From the NCBI RefSeq assembly GCF_000143415.4, contig NW_003314278.1, positions 264,371 through 328,370 of the forward strand: 64,000 nucleotides of DNA, in the 5' to 3' direction. Shown in pieces: positions 35,989 to 48,714 of the stretch (within the stretch, counting starts at the first letter, position 1; every line of letters begins with the position of its first letter). A model generated the notes under the pieces. The model ran no database searches and was not told the DNA's origin. It worked only from the letters and a program-made list of their open reading frames with translations. Origin of the DNA: Selaginella moellendorffii. Lineage: Eukaryota > Plantae > Lycopodiophyta. Position numbers and translations under genes: made by a program.

Positions 35989-37439
35989 ATGGCTTCCAGC
36001 CGTGAGAGCGTTCCTCACGTCGTCGTAATTCCTCTTCCAACACAAGGTCATGTATCTCCACTCATGCATCTCTCCCAAGCTCTCGCCTCGAGAGGCTTCG
36101 TCATTACTTTTATCAACACAGAGGCCAATCAGGAGTGTATGAAGAACACCTTGGAGGACGGCCATGGCCTAGACATTCGTTTTGAGAGCGTTCCGGGCAT
36201 CCAAGGAACTGGTATTGACTTATCTCATGACGAAGGCCGGCTCATCTTTACTCAAGGCTTGATCAACATGGAAGGGCCAGTCGAGAAGCTGCTCAAGGAC
36301 AAGCTAGTCAGCGCAGATCCCCCAATATCGTGCTTGATCTCCGACATGCTCTTCAGGTGGCCGGAAGGTGTTGCCAGGAGAATTGGAGTTCCAAATTTTA
36401 TCTTCTGGTGCGCAAGTGCCTCTTGTATTCTGCTCGAGTGCTCCGTTCCTCAGATGTTCGAGAAGGGAGACATACCTGTCAGAGGTAAAGAACTTTCATC
36501 TTTTTTATGAGTTCTATCTGATTCTAACTTTGAGTTCCAGATCTCTCGATCGACAAGTCAATCACGTATGTCCGTGGCTTGTCTCCAGTGCCGCTATGGG
36601 GCCTTCCTTGTGAACTATCTTTCAGCGACGATCCTGGTTTTACTCGCAGGTACAACAGAATAAACCACGTCGCGACAGTGTCGGGGGTTTTGGTAAACTC
36701 TTTCGAGGAACTCGAGGGCAGTGGTGCATTCCAGGCGCTGAGAGAGATCAATCCAAACACGGTAGCAGTGGGACCAGTGTTTCTTTCTTCGCTAGCAGAC
36801 AACGCGAGCCTCTGGAAGGAAGACACAGAATGCCTGACATGGCTCAACGAGCAGAAGCCACAGTCGGTTCTCTACATATCCTTCGGCAGCCTCGGGACGC
36901 TCGACTTGGAACAGCTTAAAGAAATACTAGCAGGATTGGAGGAGCTCCAGAGGCCGTTTATATTAGCCATTCGTCCCAAGTCGGTCCCAGGCATGGAGCC
37001 CGAGTTCCTGAAGGCTTTCAAGGAGAGAGTGATCAGCTTTGGACTGGTTGTGAGCTGGGCTCCTCAGCTGAAAATCCTCCGGCATCCTTCCACAGGTGGA
37101 TACTTGAGTCACTGCGGCTGGAACTCTATTCTCGAGAGCGTATCTTCGGCGGTGCCAATCCTTTGCTGGCCGTGCGTTGCCGAGCAGAATCTCAACTGCA
37201 AGCTTATAGTGGAGGACTGGAAGATCGGTCTTAAGTTCTCGCGCGTGAGAGATCCTCGCAAGGTGGTGGCCAGGGACGAGTTTGTGGAGGTGGTGGAGCA
37301 ACTCATGGGAGCCGAGAGTGGCGATTCCTTTAGACGTAATGTGAAGGAGCTCAGCAAGGCGGCTCAGCGAGCAGCAGTGAAAGGAGGATCGTCATATGAA
37401 AGTTTGGACAAGTTCGTCAAAGCTGTGGAAGTTTTATAA
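35989..37439 (+). CDS. UDP-glycosyltransferase, type A (2 exons)
   Basis: MASSRESVPHVV..QGHVSP; intact PSPG box; single intron after GDIPVR. Confidence 0.92.
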
Positions 37440-37618
37440 GGTATGGTTTGGAAATTCTATATCCATTCGTGACATAAAGATGACATTTGACAGTGTATAG
37501 GTGGCGTAATGTTGAAGTAAGAGCTAATCCAGAAGAGGTAATGTGAGAAACGGCAGCATAGTCCCTTCCTTCCAGAGCACTCAAGAAGTAAGCTTGAATT
37601 TGCTTTTTTCTTCGTTCA

Positions 37619-39109
37619 ATGGGTTCTAGTGGTGGCGAGGGGCTCGCTCCTCACGCAGCGGTTCTTCCCATTCCAACCCAAGGCCACATCACTCCACTCC
37701 TCCATCTCTCCAGAGCGCTGGCGTCGCGAGGCTTCGTCATAACTTTTATCAACACGGAGGCCAACCACAGGGACTTGAAGGACGTCGTTTCGCAGGAGGA
37801 GAGCTTTGGCTATGGCGGCGGCATTCGTTTCGAGACGGTCCCCGGGATCCAAGCGAGCGAGGCCGACTTCACGGCCCCGGAGACGCGGCAAATCTTCTTC
37901 GAGGCGGTGATGGCGATGCAGGGTCCAGTGGAGAGCTTGCTCATCAGGAGCATGGCCAGAGACGATGATCTCGTTCCTCCGGTCTCGTGCTTCATCTCGG
38001 ATATGTTGCTCCCGTGGTCCGCGGAAGTAGCAAGAAGGACCGGAATCCCAGAGGTCAAGTTCTGGACCGCCAGTGCCTCTTGCGTTTTGCTCGATTGCTC
38101 GTTTCCGCGAATGCTGGAGAAGGGAGACGTTCCAGTCCAAGGTAAGGCTTCTTTCTTCTTTTTTATTTTTCCTTCTTTCGAGAAGCACTAACGTGTTCCG
38201 CCAGATCGTTCCATTGAAAAGTACATCACTTACGTAGACGGCTTGTCACCACTGCCAATCTGGGGCCTCCCGCGCGACCTTTCTGCCATTGACGAATCAG
38301 GATTCGCTCGCAGATACGCTAGAGCCAAGAGCTACGCCACAACGTCGTGGGTTTTGATCAACTCGTTCGAAGAACTCGAGGGCAGTGCCACCTTCCAAGC
38401 CCTCCGAGACATCTCTCCCAAAGCAATCGCAGTGGGTCCTCTTTTCACCATGGCCCCCGGCTGCAACAAGGCAAGCTTGTGGAAGGAAGACACCGAGAGT
38501 TTATCCTGGCTCGGCAAGCAAAGTCCCGGCTCGGTTCTCTACATTTCCTTGGGCAGCATCGCGACCCTCAGCTTCGATCAGTTCAAGGAGTTCTCCGAGG
38601 GACTGAGGCTTCTCCAGCGTCCGTTTATCTGGGCCATCCGACCCAAGTCGGTCGCCGGCATGGAGCCCGAGTTCCTGGAGCGTTTCAAGGAGGCCGTGAG
38701 GAGCTTTGGACTGGTTGTGAGCTGGGCTCCTCAGGTGGACATCCTCCGCCACCCTTCCACGGCTGGATTTCTCAGTCACTGCGGCTGGAACTCCATCCTC
38801 GAGAGCGTAGCATCCGCGGTGCCCATGCTTTGCTGGCCGTGCGTCGCGGAGCAGAATCTAAACTGCAAGTTGATAGTGGAGGACTGGAAGATCGGTCTCA
38901 AGTTCTCGTGCGTGACCATGCCGGATCCTCCCGAGGTGATGGCGAGGGACGAGTTTGTGGAGGTGGTGGAGCGATTCATGGGAACTGACAGTGAGCATTT
39001 GAGGATTAACGTGAAGAAGCTGAGCGAGGAGGCTCGTAGAGCAGTGTCTAGTGGTGGCTCCTCATATGAAAACCTGGAGAGATTTGCTCAAGCAGTGAAA
39101 ATTTCCTAA
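37619..39109 (+). CDS. UDP-glycosyltransferase, type B copy 1
   Basis: QGHITP, CFISD, WAPQ..HCGWNS..WPCVAEQ; one intron. Confidence 0.92.
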
Positions 39110-39217
39110 ACTTCAATCCAAAGCTAAGAGAAAACTTCAAAGCATCTACTCTATTCAAGAATATACTACAGTTCTTTCTCTCTCTCTCTGAAGATAAGCA
39201 CGCGCTTTGCGCGTATA

Positions 39218-40020
39218 ATGGGTTCCAAGGTCAATGTTGTCGCAATTCCTCTCCCAGCTCAAGGCCACATCTCTCCACTCTTGCATCTCTGCCAAGCTCT
39301 CACTTTCATCCTTTGGGGGATGCTATCTCCAAAACACGCAACCATGAGGGAATGTGCTGGACTTTGTTACGTGCAAAAACCCATGGCTAATGTGCTAATG
39401 TAGACTCTAAGGTGATGCTTTATATCAGAAACTGATGTGAGGAGAAGAAACTAAAGAAAAACAAAGAAAAAATAATAATAAGAAAGAGAGTGTAAAGTTC
39501 TGGAGTCAAAGGGGAACCACATGGGGAAACTTGATAAAAGAATTAAACACTAAAAAATGGAAAAACAAAAAGTGAAAAAAACTAAAGAGCAAAGAACAGC
39601 TTAAAGAAATACTAGCAAGATTGGAAGAGCTCTAGAGGCCAGTTAGAATGGCCATTTGTCTCAAGTTGGTCCCTGGCATAGAGCCCGAGTTCCTGGAGGC
39701 TTTCAAGGCTCTCCTTGCAAGTGATCAGCTTTGGACAGGTTGTGAGCTGGGCTCCTCAACTGGAAATCCTCCAGCATCCTTCCACAGGCTGCGAGAGTGT
39801 ATCTTCAGCGGTGCCAATCCTTTGCTGGCCATGAGTTGCCAAGCAGAATCTCAACTGCAAGCTTATAGTGGAAGACTGGAAGATCGATCTTAAGTTCCCG
39901 CCCATGAGAGATCCTCGCAAGGTTTAGATGTAATGTGAAGGAGCTCAGCGAGGCTGCTCAGGGAGCAACAGTGAAAGAAGGCAGGATCTTCATATGAAAG
40001 TTTGGACAAGTTTGTCAAGT
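39218..40020 (+). pseudogene. Chimeric UGT pseudogene (type-C 5' end, foreign A-rich filler, frameshifted type-A 3' end)
   Basis: MGSKVNVVAIPLPAQGHISPLLHLCQAL, then loss of homology; 39593-40020 is a frameshifted match to 36909-37421. Confidence 0.88.
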
Positions 40021-40372
40021 TTCATAAGGTAACTTATATCCAATGCCGCAGCTGGTGGCAGGAGGATCATCGGGCATGAGGGCGGGGCCAATGCACAGAC
40101 AGACCAACCACCAAGAGCACATAAAGATGATACTTGAAAGTGTATAGGTTGGTGGAAGTGTTATTTTCCTTCCCAAAGAAATAGATGGCGTAATCAAGAG
40201 GAGTAAAACATTCCTGAAGGAGAACACTAGATTAAAACATTTGCAAAACGCACTGATTCTTAAGCTCAGCCTTGGAGCGATTTGAAGCTTATCCAGAAAA
40301 GGTATTGTGAGAAACGGCAGCACCTTCCAGAGCACTCACGAAGTAAGCTTGAATTTTCTTTGTTCTTCGTCA

Positions 40373-41852
40373 ATGGGTTCTTCTACTGGTGCCGAGGGGC
40401 TCGCTCCTCATGCAGCGGTTCTTCCCGTTCCAACCCAAGGCCACATCACTCCATTCCTCCATCTCTCCAGAGCGCTGGCGTCGCGAGGCTTCGTCATAAC
40501 TTTCATCAACACGGAGGCCAACCACAGGGACTTGAAGGACATCGTTTCGCAGGAGGAGAGCTTTGGCTATGGCGGCGGCATTCGCTTCGAGACGGTCCCG
40601 GGCATCCAAGCGAGCGACGTCGACTTCGCGGTCCCGGAGAAGCGGGGGATGTTGTCCGAGGCAGTGATGGAGATGCAAGCTCCAGTGGAAAGCTTGCTCA
40701 TCAGGAACATGGCCAGAGACGATGATCTCGTTCCTCCGGTCTCGTGCTTCATCTCGGATATGTTCCCGTGGTCCGCGGAAGTAGCAAGAAGGACTGGAAT
40801 CCCAGAGGTCAAGTTCTGGACCGCCAGTGCCTCTTGCGTTTTGCTCGATTGCTCGTTTCCGCGAATGCTGGAGAAGGGAGACGTTCCAGTCCAAGGTAAA
40901 GCTTCTTTCTTCTTTTTTATTTGTCCTTCACTAACGTGTTCCGCCAGATCGTTCCATTGAAAAGTACATCACTTACGTAGACGGCTTGTCACCACTGCCA
41001 ATCTGGGGCCTCCCGCGCGACCTTTCTGCCATTGACGAATCAAGATTCGCTCGCAGATACGCTAGAGCCAAGAGCTACGCCACAACGTCGTGGGTTTTGG
41101 TCAACTCGTTCGAAGAACTCGAGGGCAGTGCCACCTTCCAAGCCCTCCGAGACATCTCTCCCAAAGCAATCGCAGTGGGTCCTCTTTTCACCATGGTCCC
41201 CGGCTCCAACAAGGCAAGCTTGTGGAAGGAAGACACCGAGAGTTTATCCTGGCTCGGCAAGCAAAGTCCCGGCTCGGTTCTCTACATTTCCTTGGGCAGC
41301 ATGGCGACTCTCAGCTTCGATCAGTTCAAGGAGTTCTCCGAGGGACTGACGCTTCTCCAGCGTCCGTTTATCTGGGCCATCCGACCCAAGTCGGTCGCCG
41401 GCATGGAGCCCGAGTTCCTGGAGCGTTTCAAGGAGGCCGTGAGGAGCTTTGGACTGGTTGTGAGCTGGGCTCCTCAGGTGGACATCCTCCGCCACCCTTC
41501 CACGGCTGGATTTCTCAGTCACTGCGGCTGGAACTCCATCCTCGAGAGCGTAGCATCCGCGGTGCCCATGCTTTGCTGGCCGTGCGTCGCGGAGCAGAAT
41601 CTAAACTGCAAGTTGATAGTGGAGGACTGGAAGATCGGTCTCAAGTTCTCGTGCGTGACCATGCTGGATCCTCCCGAGGTGATGGCGAGGGACGAGTTTG
41701 TGGAGGTGGTGGAGCGATTCATGGGAACTGACAGTGAGCATTTGAGGATTAACGTGAAGAAGCTGAGCGAGGAGGCTCGTAGAGCAGTGTCTAGTGGTGG
41801 CTCCTCGTATGAAAACCTGGAGAGATTTGCTCAAGCAGTGAAAATTTCCTAA
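40373..41852 (+). CDS. UDP-glycosyltransferase, type B copy 2
   Basis: Intact QGH, ISD and PSPG; one intron. Confidence 0.92.
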
Positions 41853-41957
41853 ACTTCAATCCACGGCTAAGAGAAAACTTCAAAGCATCTACTCTACTCA
41901 AGAATATACTACTCTTTCTCTCTCTCTCTGAAGATAAGCACGCGCTTTGCGCGTATA

Positions 41958-42794
41958 ATGGGTTCCAAGATCAATGTTGTGGCGATTCCTTTCCCCTCTC
42001 CACTCTTGCATCTCTGCCAAGCTCTCACTTTCATCCTTTGGGGGATGCTATCTCGAAAACACGCAACCACGAGGGAATGTGTTAGACTTTGTCATGTGCA
42101 AGAACCCATGGCTAATGTGTTAATGTAGACTCCAAGGTGATGCCTTATGTCAGAAACTGCTGCGAGGAAAAGAAACTAAAGAAAAACAAAGAAAAAATAA
42201 TAAGTGTAAAGTTCTGGAGTTAAAAAGGAATCACATGAGGAAACTTGATAAAAGAATTAAACACTAAAAAATGAAAAAACAAAGTGAAAAAAGCTGAAGA
42301 GTAAGGAACAGCTTATAGAAATACTAACAAGATTGGAAGAGCTCTAGAGGCCAGTTATAATGGCCATTTGTCTCAAGTTGGTCCCTGGCATAGAGCCCGA
42401 GTTCCTGGAGGCTTTCAAGGCTCTCCTTGAAAGTGATCAGCTTTGGATTGGTTGTGAGCTGGGCTCCTCAACTGGAAATCCTCCAGCATCTTTCCACAAG
42501 CTGCGAGAGTGTATCTTCAGCAGTGCCAATCCTTTGCTGGCCATGAGTTGCCAAGCAGAATCTCAACTGCAAGCTTATAGTGGAAGACTGGAAGATCGAT
42601 CTTAAGTTCTCGCCCATGAGATATCCTCGCAAGGTGGTGGCAGGGACGAGTTTGTGGAGGTGGTGGAGCAACTCATGGGAGCTGCGAGTGGCAATTCCTT
42701 TAGATGTAATGTGAAGGAGCTCAGCGAGGCTGCTCAGGGAGCAACAGTGAAAGAAGGCAGGATCTTCATATGAAAGTTTGGACAAGTTCGTCAA
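41958..42794 (+). pseudogene. Chimeric UGT pseudogene, copy 2
   Basis: Same structure as the 39218 copy, with an extra deletion in the 5' part. Confidence 0.88.
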
Positions 42795-43148
42795 GTTTCA
42801 TAAGGTAATTTATATCCAATGCCGCAGCTGGTGGCAGGACGATCATCGGGCATGAGGGCGGGGCCAATGCACAGACAGACCAACCACCAAGAGCACATAA
42901 AGATGATACTTGAAAGTGTATAGGTTGGTGGAAGTGTTATTTTCCTTCCCAAAGAAATAGATGGCGTAATCAAGAGGAGTAAAACATTCCTGAAGGAGAA
43001 CACTAGATTAAAACCTTTGCAAAACGCACTGATTCTTAAGCTCAGCCTTGGAGCGATTTCAAGCTTATCCAGAAAAGGTATTGTGAGAAACGGCAGCACC
43101 TTCCAGAGCACTCACGAAGTAAGCTTGAATTTTCTTTGTTCTTCGTCA

Positions 43149-44639
43149 ATGGGTTCTTCTACTGGTGCCGAGGGGCTCGCTCCTCACGCAGCGGTTCTTC
43201 CCATTCCAACGCTACGCCACATCACTCCATTCCTCCATCTCTCCAGAGCTCTGGCCTCGCGAGGCTTCGTCATAACTTTCATCAACACGGAGGGCAACCA
43301 CAGGGACTTGAAGGACATCGTTTCACAGGAGGAGAGCTTTGGCTATGGCGGCGGCATTCGCTTCGAGACGGTCCCGGGCATCCAAGCGAGCGACGTCGAC
43401 TTCGCGGTCCCGGAGAAGCGGGGGATGTTGTCCGAGGCAGTGATGGAGATGCAGGCTCCAGTGGAAAGCTTGCTCATCAGGAACATGGCCAGAGACGATG
43501 ATCTCGTTCCTCCGGTCTCGTGCTTCATCTCGGATATGTTCCCGTGGTCCGCGGAAGTAGCAAGAAGGACTGGAATCCCAGAGGTCAAGTTCTGGATCGC
43601 CAGTGCCTCTTGCGTTTTGCTCGATTGCTCGTTTCCGCGAATGCTGGAGAAGGGAGACGTTCCAGTCCAAGGTAAAGCTTCTTTCTTCTTTTTTATTTGT
43701 CCTTCTTTCGAGAAGCACTAACGTGTTCCGCCAGATCGTTCCATTGAAAAGTACATCACTTACGTAGACGGCTTGTCACCACTGCCAATCTGGGGCCTCC
43801 CGCGCGACCTTTCTGCCATTGACGAATCAAGATTCGCTGGCAGATACGCTAGAGCCAAGAGCTTCGCCACAACGTCGTGGGTTTTGGTCAACTCGTTCGA
43901 AGAACTCGAGGGCAGTGCCACCTTCCAAGCCCTCCGAGACATCTCTCCCAAAGCAATCGCTGTGGGTCCTCTTTTCACCATGGCCCCCGGCTGCAACAAG
44001 GCAAGCTTGTGGAAGGAAGACACCGAGAGTTTATCCTGGCTCGGCAAGCAAAGTCCCGGCTCGGTTCTCTACATTTCCTTGGGCACCATCGCGACTCTCA
44101 GCTTCGATCAGTTCAAGGAGTTCTCCGAGGGACTGAGGCTTCTCCAGCGTCCGTTTATCTGGGCCATCCGACCCAAGTCGGTCGCCGGCATGGAGCCCGA
44201 GTTCCTGGAGCGTTTCAAGGAGGCCGTGAGGAGCTTTGGACTGGTTGTGAGCCGGGCTCCTCAGGTGGACATCCTCCGCCACCCTTCCACGGCTGGATTT
44301 CTCAGTCACTGCGGCTGGAACTCCATCCTCGAGAGCGTAGCATCCGCGGTGCCCATGCTTTGCTGGCCGTGCGTCGCGGAGCAGAATCTAAACTGCAAGT
44401 TGATAGTGGAGGACTGGAAGATCGGTCTCAAGTTCTCGTGCGTGACCATGCCGGATCCTCCCGAGGTGATGGCGAGGGACGAGTTTGTGGAGGTGGTGGA
44501 GCGATTCATGGGAACTGACAGTGAGCATTTGAGGATTAACGTGAAGAAGCTGAGCGAGGAGGCTCGTAGAGCAGTGTCTAGTGGTGGCTCCTCATATGAA
44601 AACCTGGAGAGATTTGCTCAAGCAGTGAAAATTTCCTAA
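43149..44639 (+). CDS. UDP-glycosyltransferase, type B copy 3 (QGH>LRH, PSPG W>R)
   Basis: ORF intact, but reads PTLRHITP and SRAPQ. Confidence 0.85.
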
Positions 44640-44747
44640 ACTTCAATCCAAAGCTAAGAGAAAACTTCAAAGCATCTACTCTATTCAAGAATATACTACA
44701 GTTCTTTCTCTCTCTCTCTGAAGATAAGCACGCGCTTTGCGCGTATA

Positions 44748-45595
44748 ATGGGTTCCAAGGTCAATGTTGTCGCAATTCCTCTCCCAGCTCAAGGCCACAT
44801 CTCTCCACTCTTGCATCTCTGCCAAGCTCTCACTTTCATCCTTTGGGGGATGCTATCTCCGAAACACACAACCATGAGGGAATGTGCTGGACTTTGTCAC
44901 GTGCAAGAACCCATGGCCAATGTGCTAGTGTAGACTCCAAGGTGATGCCTTATGTCAGAAACTGATGCAAAAAGAAGAAACTAAAGAAAAACAAAAAAAA
45001 TAATAATAAGAAGAAAGAGAGTGTAAAGTTCTGGAGTCAAAAGGGAACCATATGAGGAAATTTGATAAAAGAACTAAACACTAAAAAATGGAAAAACAAA
45101 AAGTGAAAAAAACTAAAGAGCAAGGAACAGCTTAAAGAAGAGCTCTAGAGGCCAGTTATAATGGCCATTTGTCTCAAGTTGGTCCCTGGCATAGAGCCTG
45201 AGTTCCTGGAGGCTTTCAAGGCTCTCCTTGAAAGTGATCAGCTTTGGACTGGTTGTGAGCTGGGCTCCTCAACCGGAAATCCTCCAGCATCCTTCCACAG
45301 GCTGCGAGAGTGTATCTTCAGCAGTGCCAATCCTTTGCTGGTCATGAGTTGCCGAGCAGAATCTCAACTGCAAGCTTATAGTGGAAAACTGGAAGATCGA
45401 TCTTAAGTTCTCACCCATGAGAGATCCTTGCAAGGTGGTGGCAGGGATGAGTTTGTGGAGGTGGTGGAGCAACTCATGGGAGCTGAGAGTGGCGATTCCT
45501 TTAGATGTAATGTGAAGGAGCTCAGCGAGGCTGCTCAGGGAGCAACAGTGAAAGAAGTCAAGATCTTCATATGAAAGTTTGGACAAGTTTGTCAA
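44748..45595 (+). pseudogene. Chimeric UGT pseudogene, copy 3
   Basis: Same structure as the 39218 copy. Confidence 0.88.
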
Positions 45596-45949
45596 GTTTC
45601 ATAAGGTAATTTATATCCAATGCCGCAGCTGGTGGCAGGACGATCATCGGGCATGAGGGCGGGGCCAATGCACAGACAGACCAACCACCAAGAGCACATA
45701 AAGATGATACTTGAAAGTGTATAGGTTGGTGGAAGTGTTATTTTCCTTCCCAAAGAAATAGATGGCGTAATCAAGAGGAGTAAAACATTCCTGAAGGAGA
45801 ACACTAGATTAAAACCTTTGCAAAACGCACTGATTCTTAAGCTCAGCCTTGGAGCGATTTCAAGCTTATCCAGAAAAGGTATTGTGAGAAACGGCAGCAC
45901 CTTCCAGAGCACTCACGAAGTAAGCTTGAATTTTCTTTGTTCTTCGTCA

Positions 45950-47440
45950 ATGGGTTCTTCTACTGGTGCCGAGGGGCTCGCTCCTCACGCAGCGGTTCTT
46001 CCCATTCCAACGCTACGCCACATCACTCCATTCCTCCATCTCTCCAGAGCTCTGGCCTCGCGAGGCTTCGTCATAACTTTCATCAACACGGAGGGCAACC
46101 ACAGGGACCTGAAGGACATCGTTTCACAGGAGGAGAGCTTTGGCTATGGCGGCGGCATTCGCTTCGAGACGGTCCCGGGCATCCAAGCGAGCGACGTCGA
46201 CTTCGCGGTCCCGGAGAAGCGGGGGATGTTCTCCGAGGCAGTGATGGAGATGCAGGCTCCAGTGGAAAGCTTGCTCATCAGGAACATGGCCAGAGACGAT
46301 GATCTCGTTCCTCCGGTCTCGTGCTTCATCTCGGATATGTTCCCGTGGTCCGCGGAAGTAGCAAGAAGGACTGGAATCCCAGAGGTCAAGTTCTGGATCG
46401 CCAGTGCCTCTTGCGTTTTGCTCGATTGCTCGTTTCCGCGAATGCTGGAGAAGGGAGACGTTCCAGTCCAAGGTAAAGCTTCTTTCTTCTTTTTTATTTG
46501 TCCTTCTTTCGAGAAGCACTAACGTGTTCCGCCAGATCGTTCCATTGAAAAGTACATCACTTACGTAGACGGCTTGTCACCACTGCCAATCTGGGGCCTC
46601 CCGCGCGACCTTTCTGCCATTGACGAATCAAGATTCGCTGGCAGATACGCTAGAGCCAAGAGCTTCGCCACAACGTCGTGGGTTTTGGTCAACTCGTTCG
46701 AAGAACTCGAGGGCAGTGCCACCTTCCAAGCCCTCCGAGACATCTCTCCCAAAGCAATCGCTGTGGGTCCTCTTTTCACCATGGCCCCCGGCTGCAACAA
46801 GGCAAGCTTGTGGAAGGAAGACACCGAGAGTTTATCCTGGCTCGGCAAGCAAAGTCCCGGCTCGGTTCTCTACATTTCCTTGGGCACCATCGCGACTCTC
46901 AGCTTCGATCAGTTCAAGGAGTTCTCCGAGGGACTGAGGCTTCTCCAGCGTCCGTTTATCTGGGCCATCCGACCCAAGTCGGTCGCCGGCATGGAGCCCG
47001 AGTTCCTGGAGCGTTTCAAGGAGGCCGTGAGGAGCTTTGGACTGGTTGTGAGCCGGGCTCCTCAGGTGGACATCCTCCGCCACCCTTCCACGGCTGGATT
47101 TCTCAGTCACTGCGGCTGGAACTCCATCCTCGAGAGCGTAGCATCCGCGGTGCCCATGCTTTGCTGGCCGTGCGTCGCGGAGCAGAATCTAAACTGCAAG
47201 TTGATAGTGGAGGACTGGAAGATCGGTCTCAAGTTCTCGTGCGTGACCATGCCGGATCCTCCCGAGGTGATGGCGAGGGACGAGTTTGTGGAGGTGGTGG
47301 AGCGATTCATGGGAACTGACAGTGAGCATTTGAGGATTAACGTGAAGAAGCTGAGCGAGGAGGCTCGTAGAGCAGTGTCTAGTGGTGGCTCCTCATATGA
47401 AAACCTGGAGAGATTTGCTCAAGCAGTGAAAATTTCCTAA
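45950..47440 (+). CDS. UDP-glycosyltransferase, type B copy 4 (near-identical to copy 3)
   Basis: Same LRH and RAPQ changes; exon-2 translation identical to copy 3. Confidence 0.85.
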
Positions 47441-47548
47441 ACTTCAATCCAAAGCTAAGAGAAAACTTCAAAGCATCTACTCTATTCAAGAATATACTAC
47501 AGTTCTTTCTCTCTTTCTCTGAAGATAAGCACGCGCTTTGCGCGTATA

Positions 47549-48396
47549 ATGGGTTCCAAGGTCAATGTTGTCGCAATTCCTCTCCCAGCTCAAGGCCACA
47601 TCTCTCCACTCTTGCATCTCTGCCAAGCTCTCACTTTCATCCTTTGGGGGATGCTATCTCCAAAACACACAACCATGAGGGAATGTGCTGGACTTTGTCA
47701 CGTGCAAGAACCCATGGCCAATGTGCTAGTGTAGACTCCAAGGTGATGCCTTATGTCAGAAACTGATGCAAAAAGAAGAAACTAAAGAAAAACAAAAAAA
47801 ATAATAATAAGAAGAAAGAGAGTGTAAAGTTCTGGAGTCAAAAGGGAACCATATGAGGAAATTTGATAAAAGAACTAAACACTAAAAAATGGAAAAACAA
47901 AAAGTGAAAAAAACTAAAGAGCAAGGAACAGCTTAAAGAAGAGCTCTAGAGGCCAGTTATAATGGCCATTTGTCTCAAGTTGGTCCCTGGCATAGAGCCT
48001 GAGTTCCTGGAGGCTTTCAAGGCTCTCCTTGAAAGTGATCAGCTTTGGACTGGTTGTGAGCTGGGCTCCTCAACCGGAAATCCTCCAGCATCCTTCCACA
48101 GGCTGCGAGAGTGTATCTTCAGCAGTGCCAATCCTTTGCTGGTCATGAGTTGCCGAGCAGAATCTCAACTGCAAGCTTATAGTGGAAAACTGGAAGATCG
48201 ATCTTAAGTTCTCACCCATGAGAGATCCTTGCAAGGTGGTGGCAGGGACGAGTTTGTGGAGGTGGTGGAGCAGCTCATGGGAGCTGAGAATGGCGATTCC
48301 TTTAGATGTAATGTGAAGGAGCTCAGCGAGGCTGCTCAGGGAGCAACAGTGAAAGAAGGCAGGATCTTCATATGAAAGTTTGGACAAGTTCGTCAA
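47549..48396 (+). pseudogene. Chimeric UGT pseudogene, copy 4
   Basis: Same structure as the 44748 copy. Confidence 0.88.
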
Positions 48397-48714
48397 GTTT
48401 CATAAGGTAATTTATATCCAATGCCGCAGCTGGTGGCAGGACGATCATCGGGTATGAGGGCGGGGCCAATGCACAGACAGACCAACCACCAAGAGCACAT
48501 AAAGATGATACTTGAAAGTGTATAGGTTGGTGGAAGTGTTATTTTCCTTCCCAAAGAAATAGATGGCATAATCAAGAGGACTAAAAAATTCCTGAAGGAG
48601 AACACTAGAATAAAACCTTTGCAAAACGCACTGATTCTTAAGCTCAGCCTTGGAGCCAGAAAGAAACGGCAGCACCTTCATGAAGTAAGCTTGAATTTCC
48701 TTTGTTCTTCGTCA

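Noticed and set aside
40015-40335. Recurrent ~106-aa minus-strand ORF and 81-aa MAICLKLVPG ORF in each array unit
   Set aside because: They recur only because the unit was recently duplicated; they are intergenic or frameshifted UGT sequence.
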